Positions 1-9,329 of a DNA stretch of 39,584 bases are shown piece by piece. Below the pieces are notes generated by a model. It searched no databases and was not told where the DNA came from. It saw only the letters and a program-made list of their open reading frames with translations. Source of the DNA: an uncultured Slackia sp. (GTDB lineage Bacteria; Actinomycetota; Coriobacteriia; Coriobacteriales; Eggerthellaceae). The translations under genes were made by a program, and so were the position numbers. Each line of letters opens with the position of its first letter. The stretch's first letter is position 1. Where the stretch lies: assembly GCA_964560045.1 (NCBI GenBank), contig CAZLKG010000001.1:619-40202 (forward strand). Direction: 5' to 3'.

Positions 1-2
1 CC

Positions 3-257
3 GCCGAACCGGTTCCTGAGCCTGCCGAGGTCGATTTCGCTGAGCTTATGGCCGAGCTTTCCGCCGATGACGAAGTGGGGCGCGTGAAAGAGGTCGAATT
101 CACGCCGCTCACCGAGGAAGAAGCCCTGATTCAAATGGATCTTTTGGGGCACGATTTCTTCGTCTACACCGATCGCGACGCCAATGAGGTGCATGTACTG
201 TATCGGCGCACCGGTGGTGGCTACGGCATGCTGAAGCCCAAGAACGATGAGGCATGA
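3..257 (+). CDS. hpf: Ribosome hibernation promoting factor (long HPF), C-terminal part; 5' end outside window
   Basis: Open frame from window edge; RVKEVEFTPLTEEEALIQMDLLGHDFFVY...VLYRRTGGGYGML matches the S30AE/sigma54-modulation C-terminal domain. Confidence 0.9.
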   Translation, partial: AEPVPEPAEVDFAELMAELSADDEVGRVKEVEFTPLTEEEALIQMDLLGHDFFVYTDRDANEVHVLYRRTGGGYGMLKPKNDEA

Positions 258-291
258 CCGCGCCACATCGGCTATAGCAAATCGCTTTATC

Positions 292-323
292 AAAAGAGGA
301 TCCCGAGCCGGGATCCTCTTTTT
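292..323. terminator. Bidirectional intrinsic terminator
   Basis: AAAAGAGGATCCCG-agc-CGGGATCCTCTTTT perfect stem with A/T tracts, between convergent hpf and MFS genes. Confidence 0.85.
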
Positions 324-408
324 GCGACTGTCTCAAGGCAAAGTTCGCGCCGGACTTCAGTCGTGATCTTAAAAGAGGGCTGCGAAGCGATGCTGGAATT
401 TAGTTATG

Positions 409-1749
409 TTAGCCCGCAACCTTCCTGACCTCTTCGGAGTGCGGAATACGCCTGGCAACCGGCAACGCGATGAGATACGCAACCAGACGGATGAGGAGCA
501 AAATGATACCCACCGTAAAGACACCGAAAAACGTGTTGGAGACATCGTACACAAAACCCCAGATTGAAGAACCGACACCGCAAGCAAACGATGAACAGGC
601 CGAAATAATAGACCAAATACGTCCGTAATCCTTATCGCCAAACAGATGTCGCACCGCAAGAGGCAGAATGCTCACATTGCTACATTGAATAGTTCCGTAC
701 AAAAATGCCATTGCGACAATTGCGGTCGAATTCGCACCCCCAACAACCATCAGGCCAATAAATCCGATAATCGGAAAAACGACCGGGCCGATTACCGCAA
801 GCGTAATATTTCTGTCGGCAAATGCGCCGAATACCACTTTGCCTCCCATGTTGCCGAGCGACGCAGCCGAAGTCATTGCAGCCCCCACCATGGTAGCGTA
901 GCCAACATCAAGAGCGTATGAAGTCAGATACTGCGACATCATGACAGCAAGACCCGCTGTCATTGCCATGAGAATCATCAAGTAGAACGAAATCGATTGT
1001 ACAACCCTGGAGAAATCAGCGCCCTCAACCTTGACTATTGAGAACGGCGAATCGGACTTGGCTTCCTTCTCTTCGAAACCATCCAAAGCCGCTCCATACG
1101 ACCTGACACCAACCTCTTCAGGGTAGCTGCGAACGAATGCAATAGAGGAAGGAATGACAAGAATGAGCACCAAGAGCGCAATGACCGCATATCCGATACG
1201 CCATCCGTATGTCGTAATAACAGCTGCAATCGCTATATTGAGAGTGGCAGCACCTATTCCCGAGAGCGCAGCCGCAGCCCCCACCACAAAACCCATGCGC
1301 TCCTTGAACCAGCGCGCGATCATTACGGGAAGCAAATACATGTCAAATGCGCCCATAGCACCCGCCAGCAAGCCCGAAACATACATCACGTATACATTAG
1401 GAGCGAGAGCGTTCAATAAAAACGCCGCGAACAGCAACGCATTGGTTGCCGCATAAATCATGCGCGCGTTTGCGCGCTCCAAAAGTCTGCCACCATACGG
1501 AAGCACGACCATCGTTGAGAAGAATGAGATCGAAACATAAATTCCGACCTGTCCCAAACCAATACCAAACTCATTTGCCACCGGATTGTAGAAGATACCT
1601 GCGCAATTGAACCATGCTCCAATGCATACGAACTCCATCGCTGCACACGCAAACACAAATCCATAATGCCGCCAGGTCATTTTCTGTTTACGACGAACTG
1701 CACCGCCCTCTACATAATCAATGTTTTCCACATCACACCAACCAATCAA
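409..1749 (-). CDS. MFS transporter (OFA/MCT-like); start may be GTG at 1731
   Basis: About 12 hydrophobic segments; motif A-like GGRLLERANAR and second-half GKVVFGAFADR; RWFKERMG, YGWR. Confidence 0.88.
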   Translation of the reverse strand: MIGWCDVENIDYVEGGAVRRKQKMTWRHYGFVFACAAMEFVCIGAWFNCAGIFYNPVANEFGIGLGQVGIYVSISFFSTMVVLPYGGRLLERANARMIYAATNALLFAAFLLNALAPNVYVMYVSGLLAGAMGAFDMYLLPVMIARWFKERMGFVVGAAAALSGIGAATLNIAIAAVITTYGWRIGYAVIALLVLILVIPSSIAFVRSYPEEVGVRSYGAALDGFEEKEAKSDSPFSIVKVEGADFSRVVQSISFYLMILMAMTAGLAVMMSQYLTSYALDVGYATMVGAAMTSAASLGNMGGKVVFGAFADRNITLAVIGPVVFPIIGFIGLMVVGGANSTAIVAMAFLYGTIQCSNVSILPLAVRHLFGDKDYGRIWSIISACSSFACGVGSSIWGFVYDVSNTFFGVFTVGIILLLIRLVAYLIALPVARRIPHSEEVRKVAG

Positions 1750-1907
1750 CTAAACGCTCAAGACGACTACTGCCTGTCCCTCCCGTCCGTGATAAACCCA
1801 CAGACTCCTGAGGAAACTTTCTTTTAGTCGAGCAACCAGACCTAAGCGTGACTACGCTGGCGCATCCCACGCTCCATAAACGCGTTTTCTGCATGCAACA
1901 GAACTCG

Positions 1908-1946
1908 GGTACGGGGCGCAAATCCATCGGATTGGTGCCCCGTACC
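1908..1946. other. Intergenic stem-loop downstream of DASS gene
   Basis: GGTACGGGGC...GCCCCGTACC arms with inner AATCC/GGATT pairing; no strong U-tract. Confidence 0.6.
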
Positions 1947-1965
1947 AAGGCGAATAAGAGGATTT

Positions 1966-3396
1966 TTAGATATACATAACGCCCGTCGCCATCCAGACAG
2001 GACAAGCAATCAAAAAGCCGATGAGAAAGATCACGCAGAACGGAATATTGAAAAACGAAGTCTCGTTGTATTTGATAAAGCCTTCGCCCATTGTACCGAC
2101 GGTGCCAAGAAGCAGAGAGCTCTGATACGGGAACTGGAAGGTGTTAGTGAAGGCATTAAGAATGATTGCGACAATCCAGGGATTGATGCCGGCGGAAATG
2201 GCCAACGGGAACAAAATCGCTGTCGAAACTGCCAGAAAACCGGATTCCGACACGATCAGGAAGCGAACGATGTAAGCAAATACCGCTACTCCTACCGTCA
2301 TCAGAAACGGATTGGAGAAGAAGCCCGCTGTCATCGGACCTGCTATTGATGTAATCCAGTCGGTAACACCAACTTCAGGAAGTACATCACCGATGGAAAT
2401 AGCACATCCGACAAAGACGATGATACCCCATGGAACCTGCTTATTGAAATTCGACATATTGACAATGCCGAAGACAAAAAACAGTGCCATGGCAATACAA
2501 GCAACCGCCCATTCGTTGATACCATGGAAAGACTTCGTCAGCCACAACACAACCGTAAGAATAACGATGATGCCCGCAATTTTCTCATTTTTCGTCCAAC
2601 TCCCAAGCTCGGCAAGACGAGTCGCAACGAAGTCAGCACTGCCCTTCTCATCTTTCTCATCTATGGTTGACCCATCCCCTTTAACGGATCGTCCGTACCA
2701 AAAGATGATGAAAAGCGCACTTAGAATCAAAAATGGAATCATAACCGGCAACGACCAGAGAGCCCATGACATCAATCCATACTGTGCGGCAACGTCTTCG
2801 GGAAGCATGCCTACCAATGCGACGGATACCACAGATGCAGTAATAAACATCGTCGAACATGACTTGAGCGAGGTCCAGTAGGCGAAGAACATTCCGTGTG
2901 CTTTCCTGCCTTCTCCCTGATATCCAGCAGTGTCAGAAATAGCTCGAGCAATTGGCGCGAGAATACCCGTTTTCGCCATAGTGGACGGAACGAACGGGCC
3001 GACGGCAAAAGTCGAAACCATCAACCCAACAACCCGACCTGCAAAGTTTTTCGGAAAGAGCTTCAGCAACATCAGCGCCACGCGCTCCATAAGGCCGCAC
3101 TCTTTCACGGAGATACCAATCATGCAAGCGGGAATAACCAGCCAGATCGTGGTGCCGGAAAACGCCGCGAACGCAACATCAGCACCAACGCCGCCCAAAA
3201 TAACAAAGAGCACGGACATGACAACCGCAGTTACGGCCTCCGGCAGCACGGCACCAATCCAGAAAACAATCGCCCACACGAGCACGCCCAGCACCCGCAT
3301 CGACTCTGTAGTCAGCCCCTCAGGAGCAGGGGTGAACATGATTGCAACGCCAAGGACGATGCCTACAATCGCCCAAACTGTTTTTTTAGTATCCAT
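1966..3396 (-). CDS. SLC13/DASS family anion (di/tricarboxylate) transporter
   Basis: Highly hydrophobic 476 aa; PAPEGLT N-terminus, GLMERVAL, VPSTMAK, LGSWTKNEK, VPWGII patterns typical of DASS. Confidence 0.85.
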   Translation of the reverse strand: MDTKKTVWAIVGIVLGVAIMFTPAPEGLTTESMRVLGVLVWAIVFWIGAVLPEAVTAVVMSVLFVILGGVGADVAFAAFSGTTIWLVIPACMIGISVKECGLMERVALMLLKLFPKNFAGRVVGLMVSTFAVGPFVPSTMAKTGILAPIARAISDTAGYQGEGRKAHGMFFAYWTSLKSCSTMFITASVVSVALVGMLPEDVAAQYGLMSWALWSLPVMIPFLILSALFIIFWYGRSVKGDGSTIDEKDEKGSADFVATRLAELGSWTKNEKIAGIIVILTVVLWLTKSFHGINEWAVACIAMALFFVFGIVNMSNFNKQVPWGIIVFVGCAISIGDVLPEVGVTDWITSIAGPMTAGFFSNPFLMTVGVAVFAYIVRFLIVSESGFLAVSTAILFPLAISAGINPWIVAIILNAFTNTFQFPYQSSLLLGTVGTMGEGFIKYNETSFFNIPFCVIFLIGFLIACPVWMATGVMYI

Positions 3397-3530
3397 TCAT
3401 CACCACCCTCTTACAAAACGCCACGCGAGCGTCCGCATGCAGAAGGAGCCGCCGCCTCTCACTCATACGAGCCGACAGCCCTCCTGCCTTGCATGTATTC
3501 GTACTGAATCGCTTGGACTAACCGTGAAAC

Positions 3531-4295
3531 CTAGCCGTAGTACTCCTGATCAAAGAATTTCATGTCATGCAGCCACAGAATCTTTGCCCCCGTCTGCAAG
3601 ACCTTCACCCGGCTCTGATTCCAGATATCTTGACCGGCGAAATTCGTGTGAATCTTGCCCTTAACATTCTCGTCAACATAGAAGAGATCACCGACGTAGA
3701 TGTAGCGACCATCCTCCGTATCGACAAGAATGGATTGACTACCGAACGTATGCCCCGGGGTAGGAATAAGGTTCAACCCAGGCTCGACTTCGTATTCACC
3801 ATCAACGGGGATCATCTGGCACATGTGTTCTTTCCAGTACGGGAGCTTCGGGTGATCCTGATACGTGTAATCCCATTTTTGTGCCTCGTAAGGAGCCACT
3901 GCGTTATGCATCTCGTCGCGCTGGACATAAATAGGAATATCTTTGGGGAACAGCCACAGATTAGCAGCGTGATCGTGGTGGAGGTGCGTAAGGCAAATCT
4001 GCTTGATGTCTTCTGGCTTGATGCCAACTTTTGCAAGTGCCTCGACAGCATCGGGGCCTTTTTCGACGTTAGTCTTGTATTCCATAAGGTTGTTCTCTTC
4101 GCAGAACTTCCAATGACCGCTTCCGGTGTCAAGCAAGGTGACTTCTCCGGTTTGATTGTTCTTGGCGGCATAAAAACCGTGCGCGAACCAGATTTTCTTA
4201 ACTTCACCTGCGGCGGTATGACCGCCCTTCACTACAAAAGTCTCGGGGATTTCAGAATGACCTAGACGAATGGGATAAATCTTGAACGTGGACAT
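3531..4295 (-). CDS. N-acyl homoserine lactonase-family metallo-beta-lactamase fold hydrolase
   Basis: LDTG, THLHHDH zinc motif, TPGHTFGSQ, GDLFY, terminal HD; ATG at 4295 follows GAGGTGG RBS (alternative GTG at 4304). Confidence 0.88.
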   Translation of the reverse strand: MSTFKIYPIRLGHSEIPETFVVKGGHTAAGEVKKIWFAHGFYAAKNNQTGEVTLLDTGSGHWKFCEENNLMEYKTNVEKGPDAVEALAKVGIKPEDIKQICLTHLHHDHAANLWLFPKDIPIYVQRDEMHNAVAPYEAQKWDYTYQDHPKLPYWKEHMCQMIPVDGEYEVEPGLNLIPTPGHTFGSQSILVDTEDGRYIYVGDLFYVDENVKGKIHTNFAGQDIWNQSRVKVLQTGAKILWLHDMKFFDQEYYG

Positions 4296-4399
4296 ACTTT
4301 CCACCTCTCGCTTTGGTTCCTCGGAACCATTTCACCCTAATCTTGTTCTCGGGAAGTTTCGACAGCGCTTGCCTGAAACACAGCAGCCGCTCTATCGCT

Positions 4400-5650
4400 C
4401 TACCACATCATCGCATCATTGGTGGCGATGGCTCCGTCGTCGTACATCGCCTTAATTTGGTTCTCGTCATAGCCGAGTTCGCCAAGGATCTCTTCGTTGT
4501 CGTATCCGGCGGTCACGCAGCCACGCACGATCTTTCCAGGATGCTTCTTAAATTTCGGTGTGATATTGACACCGCGTACTTTTCCGTCTTCGAAAGGACC
4601 ACCAATGGCATCCCACTCAGTAAAGTTCTCTCGCGCGATGTAGTGCGGATGCTTGACGGCGAGTTCATAGGTCATGATCGGAGAGCAAGCGATGCCCATC
4701 TTGGTAAAGATCTCATCCACTTCCTCCATAGTGTGTTCGACCATCCATTCTTCAATGGCCTTGTTAAGGAGTTCGTAGCCTTCATCCTTGAGCGTAATCC
4801 ACTGCACGCCTTCGGGGAACGTATCCGTTCCATACTCAAACCCAAGAAGCTCTATAAGGCCCCTCATGCCGCTGGTGCCCATCGCGCACAGATACATGCG
4901 TCCGTTCTTGCATTCGAAATTGCCCCAACCGGCATAGTAGCTGCGGTCACCAGGACGTGTTGCGTCCGTAATATCCTGCCCAAGATTGAGATACTCCAAA
5001 GGAAAAGCATTCTGAACGCGCAGCAAAGCCTCATATTGAGCCATATCGATGCTGTCACCCTCTCCGGTCTCGCGCGCCTTATGCAGAGCAGCAAGACACG
5101 CGGCACATCCGAGAATCGGGGGAATCAGATCTCCGGTCCACGGCATGGCGGGCACCGCAGGACGATCGGCATAACCATTAAATGCCATATAGCATCCGAA
5201 TGCCTGACCAATTGAATCGTAAGAGGGACGGCTTACATAGTTGGGATCTCCATACTGACCGAAGCCGGACAGATGGAAGATAACCAGCTTTGGATTAATA
5301 GACCAAAGAAATTCATCGGACAGACCCCACTTCTCATACGTGCCGCCCTTGTTGCTTTCCACGTAGATGTCTGCGGTCTCGACTAACTTCAGTAGAACCT
5401 CTCTACCCTTATCGGTACGAATGTTCAAACTGATGTTGCGCTGATTGCGTCGATTGTCCTGCGGAGATAGATTTCCGCGTGTAAGTTCAGGCACCTTTGG
5501 ATTTTCGATCCAGATTACATCTGCGCCCCAGTCGGCCATAAGCGAAGTCGCGAACGGCCCTGCAATCGATGAACCGGCATTGATGACACGGACACCGGCC
5601 AGAGGGCCAAACGGCGTTTTATCCTTGGAAATATTCTTTCTAAGCTCCAT
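4400..5650 (-). CDS. Family III CoA transferase, CaiB/BaiF-like
   Basis: PFGPLAGVRV, SIAGPFA, WGADVIWIE, RRNQRNISLN, SGFGQYG, catalytic Asp region WTGD; very CaiB-like; GAAGGGG RBS before ATG at 5650. Confidence 0.9.
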   Translation of the reverse strand: MELRKNISKDKTPFGPLAGVRVINAGSSIAGPFATSLMADWGADVIWIENPKVPELTRGNLSPQDNRRNQRNISLNIRTDKGREVLLKLVETADIYVESNKGGTYEKWGLSDEFLWSINPKLVIFHLSGFGQYGDPNYVSRPSYDSIGQAFGCYMAFNGYADRPAVPAMPWTGDLIPPILGCAACLAALHKARETGEGDSIDMAQYEALLRVQNAFPLEYLNLGQDITDATRPGDRSYYAGWGNFECKNGRMYLCAMGTSGMRGLIELLGFEYGTDTFPEGVQWITLKDEGYELLNKAIEEWMVEHTMEEVDEIFTKMGIACSPIMTYELAVKHPHYIARENFTEWDAIGGPFEDGKVRGVNITPKFKKHPGKIVRGCVTAGYDNEEILGELGYDENQIKAMYDDGAIATNDAMMW

Positions 5651-5775
5651 GCTGTTCCCCTTCGGTTTAAACCTCATTCAGAAAGGCGCCGGGTCATCTT
5701 GCAAGAGGCAGTATCTGATACCCCGGCGCCCAGTTTCAAATCAGAATCAACCACCTTCCCTGCAAAAGAGCGATC

Positions 5776-6954
5776 CTAGACCTCACTCACAAAGCTGCCG
5801 TCAAGGGTGCTGCGTCCGATAACCATACGCTGTACCTCTGAAGACCCCTCGAAGATCGTGTACACGCGTGCGTCGCGATAGAGTTGTTCACACTTATTGC
5901 CGCGAATTACGCCGCGACCGCCCATGATCTGCGTTGCGTCGTATACAACCTGGTTGGCCGCCTCAGATGCGAACAGCTTTGCAATGGAGACCTCAGCAGA
6001 TTTCTGCTTACGAGATACACTTCCGGGATTGCTCTCGAGGATCGCAGCCCGATAGCACAGAAGTTTTGCCGCCTGGTATTTCGCAACCATATCCGCGAGC
6101 TTAAACTGGATGGACTGGATATTGCCGAGCTTCGATCCGAAAACAATACGCTCATTGCACCAGGTCTTGCATTCCTCGATGGCACGCCACATAACGCCAA
6201 GGCTCTGAGCCGCAACCTGTATACGCCCTCCGTCTAGCGCACCGAGAGCAATGCCGTATCCCTTATTGACCTCTCCGAGGACAGCATCGTCACTCACGCG
6301 GCAATCAACCAACTCAAACTCGCCGGTACGCTGGCCAAGAATACCCATCTTCTTATAGGTGATACCGGGACGGAAACCGGGATTATCGGTATCGACAATG
6401 AAACCCGTAATGCCCTTGCCGCCCTTTTCAGGGTCGGTCTTTGCAAATACGAAGTAGAAATCAGAATGGCCGAAATTACCCACCAGCGTTTTCTTGCCAT
6501 TTAAAACCCATTCGTCTCCATCGCGAACTGCAGTCATCTGAATTGCTGCCGCATCGGTGCCCGCCATTTTTTCAGTGATCGCGAAACCGGGAGCCTTTTC
6601 GCCTGAAGCAACCAAGGGCAGATACTTCTTTTTCTGCTCCTCGGTTCCGGCAAGCATCAGTGGACCGGTTCCGAGAAGATAGATCTGCAGAACTACAGCG
6701 CACGAGGGACATGCCTTGGCGATCTCTTCTGTTACAATCGCCATCTCCGTCATGCTCCAGCCTTTTCCGCCGTATTCTTCGGGGATGCCGATTCCTGTGA
6801 GTCCAAAATCCTTCATTGCCTGGAGCTGCTTTTCGGGATAACAACCCGTTTCAGCAACCTGGTCAGCCAATGGCTCAATTTCCTTCGCAACGAATTCGCG
6901 AATGGACTCCCTGAGTTTGCTGTAATGCTCCTGATCCTGCAAACAAAAATCCAT
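5776..6954 (-). CDS. Acyl-CoA dehydrogenase (short-chain/butyryl-CoA type)
   Basis: IPEEYGG, FAITE..AGTD, LNGKK, KMGI, LDGGRI, QIMGGRG, YRDARVYTIFEGSSEVQ with C-terminal catalytic Glu. Confidence 0.92.
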   Translation of the reverse strand: MDFCLQDQEHYSKLRESIREFVAKEIEPLADQVAETGCYPEKQLQAMKDFGLTGIGIPEEYGGKGWSMTEMAIVTEEIAKACPSCAVVLQIYLLGTGPLMLAGTEEQKKKYLPLVASGEKAPGFAITEKMAGTDAAAIQMTAVRDGDEWVLNGKKTLVGNFGHSDFYFVFAKTDPEKGGKGITGFIVDTDNPGFRPGITYKKMGILGQRTGEFELVDCRVSDDAVLGEVNKGYGIALGALDGGRIQVAAQSLGVMWRAIEECKTWCNERIVFGSKLGNIQSIQFKLADMVAKYQAAKLLCYRAAILESNPGSVSRKQKSAEVSIAKLFASEAANQVVYDATQIMGGRGVIRGNKCEQLYRDARVYTIFEGSSEVQRMVIGRSTLDGSFVSEV

Positions 6955-7039
6955 GGCTTTCCTTCCTCTAAAGCGCGCAGTTTGCGCACCCCAACAGATT
7001 TCGACCGGATTCAGATGCGGTGGGCTAATTCCGGCCATC

Positions 7040-7210
7040 TCAAACTCTACTCAGGTTTTTATATTTGTAAATAAACAAGATTTATGTTATGTATATATAA
7101 ATTGCTTTTTATTATTTTATAGATTTATCTTATAGCGAATATTTCAATTTTTATTATACGTTTTTCAGTAATTGTTAATTTTTTTTAAAAGAATCACTGG
7201 TTATTCTATG
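7040..7210. promoter_or_regulatory. Very AT-rich divergent promoter region
   Basis: Almost entirely A/T, between two divergently transcribed ACAD genes; contains TTGT-N6-ACAA at 7065-7078. Confidence 0.6.
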
Positions 7211-7251
7211 AACGCGGTGGGATGCAAGGATCCTCAGAAAAGGAGGCGGCT

Positions 7252-8382
7252 ATGAGCATGAATTTTTCCCTCACGGACGAGCAAGAACTACTGCTCGAAA
7301 GCCTGAGTGAACTTATGAGTTCTTTCCCAGATTCCTATTGGCGCAGTTGCGATGAAGAACGACGGCTTCCTACCGAATGGTGGGATGCAATGGTTGATGC
7401 GGGATTCGCATTCCTTGGAATACCCGAAGAGTATGGCGGAACACCTGTGGACGCCGTTACGCACATGATGTTCATAGAGGAAGTTGGCCGCCTCGGTGGT
7501 CCATCTTACCTGATGCACAATTTTTTGCGAATACGCGATATGATTTCCTTCGGTACCCCTGAACAGATGCAATACACACTCGATGCCGCTAAGCACAGTC
7601 CTGTGTCGTTTGCTCTCGGCGCTTCCGAGCCGCAGGCTGGATCATACTCCAAAGGCATTACGGCACGTGCGGAGCATCGAAATGGAAAGGTTTACATCAC
7701 CGGAAATAAAACATTCATCTCACATGCTCTTGCGGTAGAGAAGATGCTCACCGTTACAATAGATGATGAGGGGAAGATGTCCATGTGGCTGGTGCCTCTC
7801 AAGGCTGCAGGTGTAAAGATGAGCGACCTGCATAAAGTAGGGTTAAAGAGTTCCAGCACCTGCGAAGTCTATCTCGATAATGTCGAGATAGAAGAAAGCG
7901 ACCTTGTGGGCAAAGAGGGCGAAGGTCTCTACCAACTCATGGAAAATTATTCCTACGAACGCATTTCCATCGCGGCTCAGGCAACGGGAATGGCTCGCTG
8001 TGCATACGAAGATGCCATGTCATACGCCAATCAGCGCGAACAGTTCGAACAGCCCATTGCGTCATTCCAGCTCATTCAACAAAAGGCGTTAGAAATGTAT
8101 CTGAAGATTCAGAATATGCAGAATCTTCTCTACAAAGCCGCATGGCAGCTCGACCAAGGTATTGATGATCGTATCCTTCCCAATGCAGCGAAATATTACT
8201 GCACGCGATCGTCTTTCGAGGTAATTGATGATGCGATGCAAATCATGGGCGGTATCGGATATACGGACGACTGCCGCATATCTCGACTGTGGCGTGATGC
8301 GCGCTCAATGCGCTTCACCGGCGGAACCGACGAGATCATGGTGCATGTCGCGGGGCGCGGTGTGTTGAAACAGTTTAAATAG
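7252..8382 (+). CDS. Acyl-CoA dehydrogenase/enoyl-CoA reductase, CaiA-like
   Basis: MNFSLTDEQELL, IPEEYGG, SEPQAGS, NYSYERI, QIMGGIGYTDDCRISRLWRD, FTGGTDEIM; AGGAGG RBS before ATG at 7252. Confidence 0.9.
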   Translation: MSMNFSLTDEQELLLESLSELMSSFPDSYWRSCDEERRLPTEWWDAMVDAGFAFLGIPEEYGGTPVDAVTHMMFIEEVGRLGGPSYLMHNFLRIRDMISFGTPEQMQYTLDAAKHSPVSFALGASEPQAGSYSKGITARAEHRNGKVYITGNKTFISHALAVEKMLTVTIDDEGKMSMWLVPLKAAGVKMSDLHKVGLKSSSTCEVYLDNVEIEESDLVGKEGEGLYQLMENYSYERISIAAQATGMARCAYEDAMSYANQREQFEQPIASFQLIQQKALEMYLKIQNMQNLLYKAAWQLDQGIDDRILPNAAKYYCTRSSFEVIDDAMQIMGGIGYTDDCRISRLWRDARSMRFTGGTDEIMVHVAGRGVLKQFK

Positions 8383-8409
8383 CGAGTAACTTGAACGACC
8401 TACCGGTAA

Positions 8410-8438
8410 AGAGAAAGGCTGCGTTGCGGTCTTTCTCT
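8410..8438 (+). terminator. Probable terminator after CaiA-like gene
   Basis: AGAGAAAGGCTGC-gtt-GCGGTCTTTCTCT stem (two G-U pairs) between convergent genes. Confidence 0.55.
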
Positions 8439-8514
8439 CAACGTTTTCTATCCGCCCGCCAACCCTAGACTAGAACCGATAAGGGTACGACTTACGAATA
8501 CCATAAGCGCTACG

Positions 8515-9243
8515 TCATAAGAGGGAGCGACCTGTCTCTCGGGAGGTAGGTGGGATTCTATCCCCGAAATGCCTTATGGACTTTTCCATCTGGTAAGTCT
8601 CTACGATATGCCGCATCCCCTCATGCGCCAGATTATTAACCGGATGGATATGACGTACGTTACTATTCTCGACAAAGCCCATAAAGGCGTTGATCATTCC
8701 TCGCACTACTCCCGTAGCATAGAATGCGGCAGTGTAGCGCTTCGCCTCCTCAGGCATTTTCCTTCCATTCAGGAAGTAGTCCATATCCTCATAAAACAAG
8801 CCTTGGAACAGTTCCTCTAGATACCGGCAAAACGCAACGCTAAACTCAGAGCGCAATATGGCTCGGTAATAATTCTCGTATTTGAGAAACGTGTCGTAGA
8901 AATCACGAAAATATTGTGATTGATCAAGAGACAATGCGTGCACCGAGATCCTTCCGTAGCATGGAAGTCCTTCAAAATTGTAAATATCGCTCGCCGATTC
9001 AACTAAATCAGAAATATCCCAATGACGTAAAAGGCTATCCAGCAGATCTTTCCTGAATCCCCATGCCACCAATTCATCCTGATTGGCAAAATGATTATAA
9101 AATGTCTTACGCGTCATGCCGGCCGCTTCGATAATCGCAGAAACGGTAATCTTGGTCTGACCGTTGCTGACAAACCGCCTAAAAACGTCATATATAGCGT
9201 TTTTGGCGATATTCCTGTTTCTTCGTGCCATATCGTGCTCCAC
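8515..9243 (-). CDS. TetR/AcrR family transcriptional regulator (start 9243 GTG or 9231 ATG)
   Basis: N-terminal HTH KITVSAIIEAAGMTRKTFYNHF...DELVAW. Confidence 0.88.
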   Translation of the reverse strand: MEHDMARRNRNIAKNAIYDVFRRFVSNGQTKITVSAIIEAAGMTRKTFYNHFANQDELVAWGFRKDLLDSLLRHWDISDLVESASDIYNFEGLPCYGRISVHALSLDQSQYFRDFYDTFLKYENYYRAILRSEFSVAFCRYLEELFQGLFYEDMDYFLNGRKMPEEAKRYTAAFYATGVVRGMINAFMGFVENSNVRHIHPVNNLAHEGMRHIVETYQMEKSIRHFGDRIPPTSRETGRSLL

Positions 9244-9329
9244 TATTATGATGCCATCCGCGTAAAAATATTACCATAATTGCCAATTTGTTGATAATCT
9301 TCACGCAGGGTTACCAGATGGGAGAAGTA

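Noticed and set aside
2312-5215. Long plus-strand ORFs (2312-2881, 2896-3507, 2930-3664, 3567-4265, 4313-5215)
   Set aside because: Antisense to well-supported genes; no domain signatures
4400-8382. Calling the locus cai (carnitine) or gbu/bbu (butyrobetaine to TMA)
   Set aside because: No BCCT transporter, crotonase or ETF in the locus; family similarity alone does not fix the substrate, so symbols were withheld
9276-9285. 10-mer ATAATTGCCA shared in reverse complement with 25781-25790
   Set aside because: A single 10-bp match is expected by chance in 40 kb
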